Shown here: piece after piece, positions 1 through 10,474 of the stretch
Layout of the letters: every line of letters starts with the position of its first letter
How positions within the stretch are numbered: position 1 is the first letter of the stretch
Source: Planctomycetota bacterium
GTDB lineage: Bacteria > Planctomycetota > UBA1135 > UBA2386
Direction: 5' to 3'
DNA length: 64,000 bases
Assembly (NCBI GenBank): GCA_046290465.1
Contig: JBKAGP010000001.1
Span: forward strand, 4,352,001-4,416,000
The notes under the pieces: generated by a model
The model's input: only the letters and a program-made list of their open reading frames with translations
Databases searched by the model: none
Told to the model about the DNA's origin: nothing
Translations under genes and position numbers: made by a program

Positions 1-66
1 CGAATGGTGGGCCGGGCCGGCGCGCTGGGTGATCACGATCGCGGAGTCGGCCGGTGGCGGAGGCAT
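1..66 (-). CDS. possible 5' end of a gene running off the window (MPPPPADSAIVITQRAGPAHHS...)
   Basis: ATG at 66 (minus) opens a frame with GC-rich third positions to the window edge; too short to identify. Confidence 0.25.
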   Translation of the reverse strand, partial: MPPPPADSAIVITQRAGPAHHS

Positions 67-198
67 CTGGATCAGGTTCTGTCCGCACTGCGGCAGCAAG
101 CTGCCCGCAAGCGGGTAAGCTGCCCCGGCGGATGCACTCGAGCCTGGTCCATCGCGGCTTCTCGTTCTCCAGCGCCCTGCGGCTACCCGTCTCGTAGA

Positions 199-1041
199 TC
201 AGGCCAACTGCGAACGTGTCGCCCAGGCGCCGTTGGCGGCGGCGTCGCGCGCGTAGTCGCGGAGGTCGCGCGGCGCGCGGCCGAGTGCGCGCTGCACGCC
301 GTCGGCCAGCGACGCGTTGCGGCCGTCGAGCACCGTCGAGAACAGGTAGTCGAGCAGTCCGATCTGGGCCGCGGGCAGGCCCGCTCGTTCGAGGCCTTCG
401 AGGAACGCCGCGCGCGGGATCGTGACGTAGCGGACCTCGCGCCCGGCCGCCCGGGCGATGTCGGCGACGGCGTCGGCGAACGTCATCAGCCGCGGGCCGG
501 TGACCTCGTAGACCTCGCCGTGGTGGGCATCCTGCGTCAGCGCCGCCACCGCGACGTCGGCGATGTCGTCGACGTCGACGAACGGCTCGAGCACGTCGCC
601 GGCCGGCAGCGCGACTTCGCCGGCAGCCACCAGTTCGGCGAAGGCGCCCTCGTCGAAGTTCTGCGCGAACCAGCTGGCGCGCACGACCGTCCACTCGAGG
701 CCCGAGCGCTGCACGATGCCCTCGCAGCGCTGCGCCTCCTCCTCGCCGCGGCCGGACAGCAGCACCAGGCGACGCACGCCGAGTTGTCGGCTCAGCTCGG
801 TGAAGGCGGCGATCGCCGCGGGCGCTTCCGGCACCGCGAGGTCGGGGCTGTAGACGACGTAGGCGGCATCGACGCCGGCGACCGCGTCGCGCCAGGTGCT
901 GCGGTCGTTCCAGTCGAAGCGCACGTCGCCGGAGCGGGAGGCGCGGCGGACCTCGCGGCCGGCGGCTTCGAGGCGGTCGGCGACGCGGCGGCCGGTCTTG
1001 CCGTTGGCGGCGATGACGAGGATCGGGAGTTGGTCGTTCAT
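199..1041 (-). CDS. NmrA-like / atypical SDR NAD(P)-binding protein
   Basis: ILVIAANGKTGRRVA Rossmann motif, VRASWFAQNF, FVDVDDIADVA, YEVTGP; start refined to MNDQLP; divergent from AraC gene. Confidence 0.88.
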   Translation of the reverse strand: MNDQLPILVIAANGKTGRRVADRLEAAGREVRRASRSGDVRFDWNDRSTWRDAVAGVDAAYVVYSPDLAVPEAPAAIAAFTELSRQLGVRRLVLLSGRGEEEAQRCEGIVQRSGLEWTVVRASWFAQNFDEGAFAELVAAGEVALPAGDVLEPFVDVDDIADVAVAALTQDAHHGEVYEVTGPRLMTFADAVADIARAAGREVRYVTIPRAAFLEGLERAGLPAAQIGLLDYLFSTVLDGRNASLADGVQRALGRAPRDLRDYARDAAANGAWATRSQLA

Positions 1042-1189
1042 GGGTCGTTCGATGGGTTGTTCGGGTTTGGATGGCGCGGCTTCCGTTCGCCGCATGAGCA
1101 ACACCATCGCCCATCTAGGTTGGACGCACCATGTCTGTGCGTCCGCATGAATGTGCCAGGAGTCCAGGAGGGTGGACGAAGGAGGCATC

Positions 1190-2179
1190 GTGCCGCAAGC
1201 TGTCGCCATGGAACGTCCGACCGAGGTGCCCGCCCCGAGCGATCCACTGGGCGAGGCGCTGCACCTGCTGCGGCTGACCGGCAGCGTCTACGCCCGCTCG
1301 GACCTGACCGCGCCGTGGGGCTTCGAGCTGCCGCCGTTCGAGGGCCACATGATGTTCCACGTCGTGACGGCCGGTCGCTGCTGGCTCGAGATCGACGGCA
1401 GTGAGCCGCTGCTGCTCGAGCGCGGCAGCCTCGCGCTGGTGCCGCACGGTCTCGGCCACGCGCTGGTCGACCAGGTCGGCCGCGCGTGCGTCCCGTTCTT
1501 CGACCTGCCGATCGAGCGCGTCTCCGACCGCTACGAACGGCTGCAGTGGGGTGGCGGTGGCGAGGCCTGCAGGCTGATCTGCGTGGTCGTGCGCTTCGAC
1601 CACGCCGCCGCAGAACGGCTGGTCGACGCGTTGCCGCCGGTGCTGCACCTCGACGCCTGGCACGGCGGCGACGACCGCTGGCTCGGCGACACGCTGCGGT
1701 TCATCGCCAGCGAGGCCGAGTCGCTGCGGCCCGGTGGCGAGACGGTGATCACCAGGCTCGCCGACATCCTGGTGATCCAGATGGTGCGGCACTGGATCGA
1801 GCACGACCACACGGCGGAGACCGGCTGGCTGTCGGCGCTGCGCGACGAGCGCCTGGGGCGCGCGATCGCCGCGATCCATCGCGAGCCCGGTGCCGACTGG
1901 ACGCTCGCGTCGCTGGCGCGCGCCGCGGCGATGTCGCGATCGGCGTTCGCCGCGCGCTTCGCCGAGGTCGTCGGCGAGACGGCGATGCGCTACCTCGCGA
2001 GGTGGCGGCTGCAGGTCGCGCGCGCGGCGCTGCGTGAGTCCGACGAGCCGGTCGGCATCGTCGCCGAACGCTGCGGCTACCGTTCGGAGGCGTCGTTCTG
2101 CCGCGCCTTCAAGCGCGCGTTCGGCGTCTCGCCAGGCCACGACCGGCGGGTCGGTTCGTCACCGCTGGCGCCGGCGTGA
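1190..2179 (+). CDS. AraC family transcriptional regulator with N-terminal cupin domain
   Basis: WTLASLARAAAMSRSAFAARF and CGYRSEASFCRAFKR double HTH; GGAGG at 1181 before GTG 1190 (ATG 1208 is an alternative). Confidence 0.92.
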   Translation: MPQAVAMERPTEVPAPSDPLGEALHLLRLTGSVYARSDLTAPWGFELPPFEGHMMFHVVTAGRCWLEIDGSEPLLLERGSLALVPHGLGHALVDQVGRACVPFFDLPIERVSDRYERLQWGGGGEACRLICVVVRFDHAAAERLVDALPPVLHLDAWHGGDDRWLGDTLRFIASEAESLRPGGETVITRLADILVIQMVRHWIEHDHTAETGWLSALRDERLGRAIAAIHREPGADWTLASLARAAAMSRSAFAARFAEVVGETAMRYLARWRLQVARAALRESDEPVGIVAERCGYRSEASFCRAFKRAFGVSPGHDRRVGSSPLAPA

Positions 2180-2189
2180 TCGGCGCGGC

Positions 2190-4892
2190 TCAACGGTCCC
2201 AATCGGCCGGCATGCGGATCACGATCTCGGCTTCGGAGCCGAGCGCGAACACGACCGGCGGTGCCAGCACGCGGGCTGCCGCGATCGCGGCCTGGTTGCG
2301 GAAGTTCTCGCGCCAGAACGCCTGCTGCTTGCGTGGGTCCTGCAGGCTCTTGATCCACAGCTGCAGCGCGGCCGAGCCGGGCGTCGTCAGGACGGTCGTG
2401 CGCCCCTCCTCGTCGGTCGGGTCGCAGGCCGCGCCGAGCGCCACCCCGTTGCGTTGGAAGCCGAGCCTGGTGCCGGCGATCGGGCTGCCGTCGGGCGCGA
2501 GCACGCGCACCCGGGCCTCGACGACGTGCACGTCGAAGTCGGCCTGGGCGTCCTGGCCGCCGCGCACGTCGATGGCGCCGTCGGTCATCGCGCTGAAGTT
2601 CTTCTCACCGACCTGCAGATACGGGTGCATGCGCCAGGTGCCCTCGGGCAGCAGCGCCTCGAAGCGGCCCTGCTCGTCGCTGCGGGCATTGCGGTAGACC
2701 TGGCGCGGGGTGCCGTCCGGGTTGAAGCCGCAGTCGCCGATGAACTGCAAGCCGTGCGCCGCGGGTTTGCCGTTGACGCGCAGCGTGCCGGTCATCGTGC
2801 CGAGGCGCATCTGCGGCAGGTCGAGTGCAACCTGCTGTTCCTGGCCGTCCTCGAGCACGAGCCCGGCGCGCACGGTGTCGTTGGACGTCGTGTAGCTGCT
2901 GTCGTCGTAGGCCGCGACGCTGCGCAGCTGCAGCTCCCACGTTCCGGCCGGGATGCCGCCGATGGTCGCCTTCGCGTCGTCGTCGAACGGCACGAAGCCC
3001 TGCTTCGTCGTCGGGTAGATCTCGTAGCGCTCTCCGACCTTGCGGCGCAGCTGCACGCCCGGTCGCTTGCGCAGCTGGCGCGCGTCGAGCTCGGCGTCGC
3101 GCGGCAGCATCGCCTGCGCGTAGAGGTCGGCGAGCAGTTCGGGTGGGCCCAGCGTGACGTGCAGCGTCGCGCCGGTCGGCACGACGATCTCGAGCACGCC
3201 GTCACCGAGCGTGACGCCGGTGCGCACGATCGGCGCGTGCGTCTCGCTGGTGACGCGCAGTCCGTAGCTGTGCTGCACCGCGCCGCGGACGGCGCACGTG
3301 CCGTCCGCGCCGGTGGTCGCCTCGTCGATCCTGGTCGTGCCGTTCTGGTTCATCCAGTTCCAGTCGCCACTGACGTAGACCTTGGTCTGCGCGTCGAACG
3401 GTTCGCCGTCCGGCAGGTCGACCAGCTCGACCTTGCTGCCGGCCATCTGCTCGCCCTTGGCGTCGACGACGCGCACCGTCTGCTCGACCGCGTCCGGGAG
3501 TTGCACGGCCAGCACCACCGGGCCGACGGCGCCGACCTCTATGCCCAGCGCTCCGCTCGAGGCGAGTCCGGAGTCCGCACGCGGCTCGACAAAGACCACG
3601 TGCTCGCCGCGCCGGATGCCCTCCACGGTGTGCTGGCCGTTCTCGTGCTTCCACCCGCCGCGGATGTCGCCGTAGCTGCTCGACCAGCGGCCGGTCGTCT
3701 TCGGCGCGGGCAGGATGCGGGCGCCGAACTGCTCGACCGCGCTGCCGTCGGACGCGCGGGTGACGTTGAGCACCACGTCGATGCCGCGCTGCATCACGAT
3801 GCGCACGTCGCGCGCGCCCCACTCGTACTCCTGCTCGGTCTGCAGGTACTCGCAGTGGCGATGCTCGAACTTCAGCGCAAATGGCCCGTCCGGATCGCCC
3901 GACTCGCGCCGCTCGAGGTGGAACGTGCCGTCCTTCTTGGTCGACGTCATCCAGCCGCCGCCGGTGCGGCCGTCGGGTTCGACCTGGGCGCCGCGAATCG
4001 GCATGCCGGCCTCGTCGACGACGACGCCGGTGATCGACGGCACGTCGGCCGCGCGTTTGACGACCAGTTCGATCGTCGTCGACGGCGCCTCGATGGTGAT
4101 CTCGTCTCTTGGCTCTGCGAGCTGCCCGGTGCGCAGGTCGAGGTTCCAGATCGCGGGCGCCAGCGGCTGCTTGAAGCGGAACGTCCCGTCCGCCTTCGAA
4201 CGCGTCGAGTAGCCGTCACGGGGCGTCATCTCGCCGCGCCAGCGGTCCTTGCGGTTGTAGCGATCGAGGTGCACCTCGACGCCCTTCTGCGGCACGCCGT
4301 CGGTGTCGACGACCCGCCCGGCGACGATCGCTCCGGGCGCGAGCACCACGTCCCCGAAGTCCTTCTGGGTGTCGGGTTCGATCTTGCCCCAGCGCCCTCC
4401 GACCTTGACCCGCCCTTCGACCTCGAGGTCGAGCGTGAACTGGTACGGCGGTGGCGGCACGAACGTCACGGCGAAGCGACCGTCGGGACCGGTCTGGGTC
4501 TCTTCCGGCTCGTTCCAGACGACGTCGCCGTGCTCGCGGCGGTAGGCGTCGAGCCGCTGGTCGTTGGCGACCCAGCCGGAGACCTCGACCGTGACGCCCG
4601 CGATCGGATCGCCGTTCTCGTCGACGCAGCGTCCGAACAGCAGCGCCTCGCCCGGGGCCGCGACCGGTACGACCGGTGACGATGCGACCGCCTGCCGTTC
4701 GACCGGGGCGGCTTCTGGCGGGCTGGCCTCGGCCTCGGACCTTGCGGCCTTGGCGGGTGTGGCGTGCTCGGGCCTGGCGGCGGCGTGTGCGTCGCTCCGG
4801 CCGGGAGGTGCCGCGGCCGTGTCGCGCGACGACAGCCACCACGCGAACGCGGCAGCCATCAGGACGAGAACGACGATCGACGCGCGCTTCAT
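2190..4892 (-). CDS. membrane-anchored protein with tandem carboxypeptidase-regulatory-like beta-sandwich repeats
   Basis: N-terminal hydrophobic anchor ending WW, Ala/Pro linker, repeated G-x-V-V-D-x-x-G-x-P...T...DG-x-F units; AGGAG upstream. Confidence 0.85.
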   Translation of the reverse strand: MKRASIVVLVLMAAAFAWWLSSRDTAAAPPGRSDAHAAARPEHATPAKAARSEAEASPPEAAPVERQAVASSPVVPVAAPGEALLFGRCVDENGDPIAGVTVEVSGWVANDQRLDAYRREHGDVVWNEPEETQTGPDGRFAVTFVPPPPYQFTLDLEVEGRVKVGGRWGKIEPDTQKDFGDVVLAPGAIVAGRVVDTDGVPQKGVEVHLDRYNRKDRWRGEMTPRDGYSTRSKADGTFRFKQPLAPAIWNLDLRTGQLAEPRDEITIEAPSTTIELVVKRAADVPSITGVVVDEAGMPIRGAQVEPDGRTGGGWMTSTKKDGTFHLERRESGDPDGPFALKFEHRHCEYLQTEQEYEWGARDVRIVMQRGIDVVLNVTRASDGSAVEQFGARILPAPKTTGRWSSSYGDIRGGWKHENGQHTVEGIRRGEHVVFVEPRADSGLASSGALGIEVGAVGPVVLAVQLPDAVEQTVRVVDAKGEQMAGSKVELVDLPDGEPFDAQTKVYVSGDWNWMNQNGTTRIDEATTGADGTCAVRGAVQHSYGLRVTSETHAPIVRTGVTLGDGVLEIVVPTGATLHVTLGPPELLADLYAQAMLPRDAELDARQLRKRPGVQLRRKVGERYEIYPTTKQGFVPFDDDAKATIGGIPAGTWELQLRSVAAYDDSSYTTSNDTVRAGLVLEDGQEQQVALDLPQMRLGTMTGTLRVNGKPAAHGLQFIGDCGFNPDGTPRQVYRNARSDEQGRFEALLPEGTWRMHPYLQVGEKNFSAMTDGAIDVRGGQDAQADFDVHVVEARVRVLAPDGSPIAGTRLGFQRNGVALGAACDPTDEEGRTTVLTTPGSAALQLWIKSLQDPRKQQAFWRENFRNQAAIAAARVLAPPVVFALGSEAEIVIRMPADWDR

Positions 4893-4950
4893 CGCGCCTG
4901 CTCCTGCGTCCCACGCATCGCAGCAGCATAGCCGATCCCGCCGGTCGCGC

Positions 4951-6414
4951 TCAGCGCGTCACTTCGATCGGCTCGGTCGGCACGCCTTCGTGCACGTCGA
5001 CGGCCTGCTGCACCTTGTCGACCTCGAGGATGTAGCCGCCCTCCAGCAGGTCGCCGAAGAAGAAGCGGCCGTTGGCGTCGGTCCAGGTGCGCCGTTCGGC
5101 GAGGTAGTGCGACAGGAAGCCGCCACCGTGGGCTGTGTTGGCGGGGGCGCCGCGGTGGTTGCCGAGCAGCTTGACGCGCTGCCCGGCGATCGGCAGGCCG
5201 CCGGCGTCGCGCAGCACGCCGTGCACGATGCGACGCGGCCGCAGCCGAACGTCCGGGACGGTCACCCGGTCGCCAGCCTTGGCACCGGCCATCGGGATCG
5301 CCGTCGTCAGGCGGCCGCAGCCATCGCGTCGCACCAGCAGCACCGGCTGCAGCACCGCGCGCACGTCGCCGATCGTGTAGCGGCCGTTGGCGTCGGTGCG
5401 GGTCGACAGCCAGTCGGTCTCCTGCATGCGTCCGTTGTGCGACATGCCCACGACGGCGACGTAGCAGTCGCTTGCGGGCGCGCCGTCCCGGTCGAGGATG
5501 CGGCCGGTCACGGTGACACCGCGCTCCATCTCGAGCTCGATCTCGACGACGCCGGTCTTCTGCTTCGGCCGTTGGACCTGCAGCTCGCAGTAACCGGGAC
5601 ACGACAAGAACAGGTTGTTGCCGAACGGGCCGCCGAGTCCCTTCATCACGAACCTGCCGTCGGCGTCGGTGAGCACCGGCTTGTCGAAGGTCCAGCCGAC
5701 GCCGAAGCGCGCGCCCCGGATCGGCTTGCCGGTGCTGGCGTCGACGACGCGCCCGCGCACCGTCGCGCCGCGATCGAGCGCGAACGTGACCTCGGTGGTC
5801 TCGCCGCTGACCAGCGCGACGCCCTGGCCGCCGTGCACCGCGGCGTGCGTCGACTCGGCGTCGACGTACCACGGACCCGGCATCAGCCGATCGAACCGGA
5901 ACGCGCCGTCCGCGCCGGCCTGGGCGTAGCGATGGCCCGAGCGCGGATCGGTCTTGGCCATCACCATGACGTGCTCGGCGGGGATCGGTGCGCCGGTGTC
6001 GTCGCGCACCACGCCTTCGACGATCGCGCCGTCGCGGAGCTGGATCGTCAGTTCGTCACCGGCATGCACCCCGGAGCGCCACTCGATCGCGAACGGCGGC
6101 ACGTCGACCAGCACGCGGTAGGGGATCGCGGCCGGCAGCTGGAAGCCGACGCTGCCGCTCTTCGGCGTCGGCAGGCGGCCGACGCGTTGGCGGTGTTCCT
6201 TCTCGTCCAGGTCCAGATTGGAGTAGCCGGCGTCGGCGCCGTCGTAGCGATACACCTCGACGAACGCACCGCGGCGCGGTTGGCCGTCGACGTCGAGCAC
6301 CGTGACGCGCAGCGGACCTGCCGGCAGTGCGTCCTGTGCGATGGCGGCAGCGCCGGCGACGAACGGGACGAGCAGCGCCGACAGGGCGCAACAACGGGCA
6401 GCAGCGTGGGGCAT
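4951..6414 (-). CDS. exported protein with carboxypeptidase-regulatory-like repeats
   Basis: signal peptide MPHAAARCCALSALLVPFVAGAAAIA-Q; repeats GVVRDDTGAP, GRVVDASTGKP, GRILDRDGAP, TDANGRF. Confidence 0.82.
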   Translation of the reverse strand: MPHAAARCCALSALLVPFVAGAAAIAQDALPAGPLRVTVLDVDGQPRRGAFVEVYRYDGADAGYSNLDLDEKEHRQRVGRLPTPKSGSVGFQLPAAIPYRVLVDVPPFAIEWRSGVHAGDELTIQLRDGAIVEGVVRDDTGAPIPAEHVMVMAKTDPRSGHRYAQAGADGAFRFDRLMPGPWYVDAESTHAAVHGGQGVALVSGETTEVTFALDRGATVRGRVVDASTGKPIRGARFGVGWTFDKPVLTDADGRFVMKGLGGPFGNNLFLSCPGYCELQVQRPKQKTGVVEIELEMERGVTVTGRILDRDGAPASDCYVAVVGMSHNGRMQETDWLSTRTDANGRYTIGDVRAVLQPVLLVRRDGCGRLTTAIPMAGAKAGDRVTVPDVRLRPRRIVHGVLRDAGGLPIAGQRVKLLGNHRGAPANTAHGGGFLSHYLAERRTWTDANGRFFFGDLLEGGYILEVDKVQQAVDVHEGVPTEPIEVTR

Positions 6415-6527
6415 CGCGAGTTCCCTTGGACGATCTCCGTGGCCCACCGAGGCATGGGCTGCTGCAGCGTAGCCGGACGCCGCGATGCGCGCCGGCACGG
6501 GCCGGGGGAATCGCCCGAACGCCGCGC

Positions 6528-8819
6528 TCAGCGCGACACCGTCTGCCGCTCGCCGGCGCGCAGCGTGACCAGGCGCACGATCGGATCCTCGTCGGGATCC
6601 TCCGAGCGGCGCAGCTCGAACTTCCACTGCGCCGGCTGCAGCGCGTTGAGCACCAGTTGCTCCTGGTCGGTGCCGTAGTTCCAGCTGCCGAACCACTCGT
6701 CGTCGAGGTCGGTGCGGTAGCTGGCGTGCAGGCTCCACGTGCCGTCGAAGCCGGCGGGCCGCGTCACCACGGCGGTGGCGCCGAGCGGCAGGCGCACGGT
6801 GGCCGTCGCCAGTCCGTTGGCCTCGGCAAACACCTCGCCGCGCCACGGCTGGATGCTGCCCGAGGCGTAGCGCTGCTGGATCTCGAGCTCGAGCTTGCCG
6901 GCCGGGACCTCCAGGCGGTGGCGGCCGTCGGCGCGGATCGACGCCGGCGCCGAGTCGGTCCGCTCGCGGTCGGCGACGCTGCGCCAGCGCACGAAGACCT
7001 CGCCGCGCCACGGCGCGCCGTTCTCGTCGAAGACCTGCAGCTCGAGCGTGGCCGTCGGCTGCGCGGATGGTTCGACCGCTGCCGTTCGCGGCAGGTCGAC
7101 GCGCACGCGCACGGTCTCACCGGCGCGGAACAGCGGCTTCGACCGCCATTCCGTCCAGGTCGTGCCATCGCCGGCCTCGCCGTAGAAGACGACCTCGCGG
7201 ATGTCGGCCACCGGGAACGACACGCACTCCGCGGTGAGGCCCCAGGTGACCTTGCCGTCGCCGCGGCCGACCCACTTGCCGAGATCGTGGCGCAGGCCGT
7301 TGGCCTGCACGGCTTCGAAGTGGAAGCGCGCTCGCGTGAGCCCGGCCAGCGGTCTGCCGTCGGCGTCGCGCACGGTCAGTTCGACGCCGAAGCCGGCGGC
7401 AGCCGTCCACAGCACGAACGAGCCGTTGGTGACGGCGGTGGTCGGTTGCTCGATGGTCCAGGCGGGGTCGCAGCTGCGCAGCCGGACCTTGCCGTCGGCG
7501 AGCCCGGTGAAGCGCACGTGGCCGCTCTCGTCGGTGCGCGCGCGGCACTGCTCGTAGCCGGACTCGGCGGGGCCGGCGTTGGCCTTGCGCGCCTTCAGTG
7601 CGGACTGCGTCGGGCTCATGTGCTCGATACCGGCCCCTTCGGTGTAGGCGATCAGCTCGAGGTCGGGCACGCCGCGGCCGGCGCCGTCGACGACGCGGCC
7701 GAAGACCTCGCCGCCTCGGCGCATCACGACGCGCAGCGGCTGCTCGGTCTCGGCCGGCTCGACGAGCACGAAGCTGCGTCGGAAGCCGTTGCGGCGCACG
7801 AGCAGCTCGCTCGCCGCTGGCGTGCGCGGCAGTTCGAACCTGCCGGCCGTGTCGCTGGTCGCGCTGGCGAACGGCGCTGGGCTGGCGCCGCCGTCGGCCG
7901 ACGTCGTCGAGCGCAACGCGAGCGATGCGCCGGCGACCGGCTGGTCCTGCTCGTCGACGACGAGGCCGAGCAGCTGGCGCGACGGCCCGGCGGGCTGCGG
8001 CGTCGGCGCCGGCACGAGCGTGCGTTCGTTGGTCGCGGCGGCGACCGGCGTGCGCGACCCTTCCCCGGCGGTGGTGGTCGGTCGTTCGAGGCGCGCCTCT
8101 TCGTTGCCGAGGCTGGGTTGGTCGTCGGACTGCGCCCACCACGTGAGCGTGGTCAGGAGCAGCGCGGCGAGCGCGACGACGGTGACGTTCTTGGCGTTCA
8201 TGATCGTGAGCAGGGTCAGGCCGGATGGAGCGGTGGTGGTGGGCGGTGGTGGCGTGGGTGGTGCGGGCAGTGTTGGTGCGGACAGGGTTGGTGCGGCCAG
8301 TGGCAGCAGCAGGGCGCGGCAGCGGCGCTCGTTGGTCACGTCGTTCTCGCTGCCGCCGAGGTCGCGGCGCAGCAGGTCGAGGCCGCGGCGGATGCGGTAG
8401 CGCACGGTGTCGTCGGGCTTGCCGGTGCGTCGCGCGATGGCCGCCACGTCGAGGCCTTCGAGGAAGCGCAGCAGCACCGCGGTGCGCATCGGTTCGGGCA
8501 GGCGGCTGGCGGCGCGGGCCAGCTGCTCTGCCAGCTCGGCCCGCGCGACCAGATCGGCCGGGTCGGCCTCGCTCCGGGGTGCGGTTGCTTCGGCCTCGCG
8601 GCGTTCGCGTCGTTGGCGATCGCGAAAGCGACGCGCGGCCAGGCGGCGCGCGATGCCGGCCAGCCAGGCGCGCATCGACGTCGGCTGCACGTCCGGTCGC
8701 CGCGTCGCGGCGAGCAGCGTGTCCTGCATCAGGTCGTCGGCCGCGTGCGGCTCGGCGACCAGCGCGCGCGCCAGGTGGCGCAGCCAGGTGAGGTCGGCTC
8801 GGTCGAGGTCCATGGGCAT
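6528..8819 (-). CDS. ECF sigma-70 factor fused to TM helix and extracytoplasmic carboxypeptidase-regulatory-like repeats
   Basis: sigma2 ([19 protein letters not shown]) and sigma4 ([17 protein letters not shown]...TVRYRIRRG), Pro/Thr linker, [27 protein letters not shown] and [10 protein letters not shown] repeats. Confidence 0.88.
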   Translation of the reverse strand: MPMDLDRADLTWLRHLARALVAEPHAADDLMQDTLLAATRRPDVQPTSMRAWLAGIARRLAARRFRDRQRRERREAEATAPRSEADPADLVARAELAEQLARAASRLPEPMRTAVLLRFLEGLDVAAIARRTGKPDDTVRYRIRRGLDLLRRDLGGSENDVTNERRCRALLLPLAAPTLSAPTLPAPPTPPPPTTTAPSGLTLLTIMNAKNVTVVALAALLLTTLTWWAQSDDQPSLGNEEARLERPTTTAGEGSRTPVAAATNERTLVPAPTPQPAGPSRQLLGLVVDEQDQPVAGASLALRSTTSADGGASPAPFASATSDTAGRFELPRTPAASELLVRRNGFRRSFVLVEPAETEQPLRVVMRRGGEVFGRVVDGAGRGVPDLELIAYTEGAGIEHMSPTQSALKARKANAGPAESGYEQCRARTDESGHVRFTGLADGKVRLRSCDPAWTIEQPTTAVTNGSFVLWTAAAGFGVELTVRDADGRPLAGLTRARFHFEAVQANGLRHDLGKWVGRGDGKVTWGLTAECVSFPVADIREVVFYGEAGDGTTWTEWRSKPLFRAGETVRVRVDLPRTAAVEPSAQPTATLELQVFDENGAPWRGEVFVRWRSVADRERTDSAPASIRADGRHRLEVPAGKLELEIQQRYASGSIQPWRGEVFAEANGLATATVRLPLGATAVVTRPAGFDGTWSLHASYRTDLDDEWFGSWNYGTDQEQLVLNALQPAQWKFELRRSEDPDEDPIVRLVTLRAGERQTVSR

Positions 8820-9007
8820 GGGTTCGACGGAAGGGTTCCCGCGGGTGCTGGTCACGCGAGCCAGTGCGCCGAAAAATCGGTCGTGCTCGGGTTGCTGCCG
8901 CGCCGCCCGATGCGCCTCAACGGGGCGCGATCGGTCGATGCGGACCAACCTGCGCCTCGCGGTGCCACCCTTGCGACGGCACCGACAGCCAACGGATCAG
9001 CTCCGGT

Positions 9008-9793
9008 TCACCTCGCGAGTTCGCCGGGCTCGGGCTTCCACCAGGCGCCGTCGGGCGCGTCGGCGAGCACCGACCGGTCCGGCTCGTCGCCGACGTCGCC
9101 GCGTTCGATCGTGGGCGGCGGCTGCTCCGGCTCGGCTTCGACTGCCGCCGGCAGGTCGACGAACACCAGCAGGCCCGGGCGCATCGTCGGCGCGTGCGAC
9201 GACCAGTCACCGACGAACGTCGCGACCAGCGCCGGGTTGGCCGCGACGCTGCGCATCGCGTCGCGCCAGACGATCACCCGCTTCGGCGTCTCGTCGCTCA
9301 TCTGGGCCAGCAGCGACAGCGTGCGCGCGCGTGGCTCCTCGGGGTACTTCATCGGCGACGTGTGTTGCTGCAGCTGCTCGGCGAGGTCGCGCCAGCCGGT
9401 GATCGCGCCGCCGTCGATCGTCACGCGCTGGTAGCCCTCGGCGGCGAGCAACCGGTCGAGGACCTCGTCCTCGGGCAGCGGCCGGCAGGTCACCGGGTGC
9501 GCCTCGAACCACGGGATCGTCTGCTGCAGCCGGCGGATCGAGTGCAGCATGCGCGCGCGCCCGGCGGGCCGCGACAGCGTCACCGCGAGCGCGACGAACA
9601 GCAGGGACATCGTGATCGCCAGGCCGAACGGGCCGAAGCCGTGGCCGGACTGCCCGAACATCATCATCGCGAACACGAACCACAGGAAGTTCTGCTGCCC
9701 GGCCATCTCGTACGGGCTGCCGAGCTTGCGGGTCATGCCGCTCAGGTACGGCTTCTTCGGTGGCGTTGGTTCTGCTCGTGGTGTGTCGGACAC
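9008..9793 (-). CDS. membrane protein with putative barstar-like C-terminal domain
   Basis: AGGAGG before GTG 9793; two hydrophobic helices; [22 protein letters not shown]...VIVWRDA resembles barstar family. Confidence 0.7.
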   Translation of the reverse strand: MSDTPRAEPTPPKKPYLSGMTRKLGSPYEMAGQQNFLWFVFAMMMFGQSGHGFGPFGLAITMSLLFVALAVTLSRPAGRARMLHSIRRLQQTIPWFEAHPVTCRPLPEDEVLDRLLAAEGYQRVTIDGGAITGWRDLAEQLQQHTSPMKYPEEPRARTLSLLAQMSDETPKRVIVWRDAMRSVAANPALVATFVGDWSSHAPTMRPGLLVFVDLPAAVEAEPEQPPPTIERGDVGDEPDRSVLADAPDGAWWKPEPGELAR

Positions 9794-9844
9794 GTGGACC
9801 TCCTGCTGCGGCGACCGGCCGGTATTCCGATGGTAACCGCGTCG

Positions 9845-9893
9845 CGGGGCCTGCGGCAGCGGGGGCCCTGCGGCAGCGGGGGCCCTGCGGCAA
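9845..9893. repeat. 17-bp tandem repeat (GGGGGCCCTGCGGCAGC x ~3) in a divergent promoter region
   Basis: read directly: copies at 9845-9860 (imperfect), 9861-9877, 9878-9893. Confidence 0.8.
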
Positions 9894-9910
9894 GATGGGG
9901 GCGCCACCCG

Positions 9911-10474
9911 ATGCCCGAAGAGATCTACGTCAGTACCGACATCGAAGCCGACGGCCCGATCCCCGGACCGCATTCGATGCTCAGCCTCGCGTCCGTCGCC
10001 CTGCGCGCGGACAAGACCGTCGTCGACGAGTTCACCGTCAACCTGCAGCCGCTGCCCGACGCCGCGCCGCATCCGCGCACGATGCTGTGGTGGGAGGGGC
10101 ACAAGGAGGCGCTCGCCAAGGCGCGCGAGAACCCAGAGGACCCGAGCGAGGCGATCCCGCGCTACGCGAAGTGGGTGCAGAAGCTGCCGGGCCGGGTCGT
10201 GCTGGTCGGCCAGCCGGCCGGGTTCGACTTCATGTGGGTGTATTGGTACCTGCAGCGGTTCACCGACGGTTCGGTGTTCGGGCACTCGGCGCTCGACATC
10301 AAGTCGTACGCGATGGCGATGGTCAAACGGCCGTATCGCGACTGCGTGCGCGACGCGCTGCCGAAGGAGTGGCGGGACGATCTTCCCTACACGCACGTCG
10401 CACTCGACGACGCGCGCGAACAGGGTGCTATGTTCTGCAACATGCTGCGCGCGAACGGAGTGGTCGAAGGATGA
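9911..10474 (+). CDS. DEDD 3'-5' exo(ribo)nuclease (Rv2179c/RNase AS-like)
   Basis: [10 protein letters not shown] (ExoI), GFDF (ExoII), HVALDDA (ExoIII). Confidence 0.85.
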   Translation: MPEEIYVSTDIEADGPIPGPHSMLSLASVALRADKTVVDEFTVNLQPLPDAAPHPRTMLWWEGHKEALAKARENPEDPSEAIPRYAKWVQKLPGRVVLVGQPAGFDFMWVYWYLQRFTDGSVFGHSALDIKSYAMAMVKRPYRDCVRDALPKEWRDDLPYTHVALDDAREQGAMFCNMLRANGVVEG

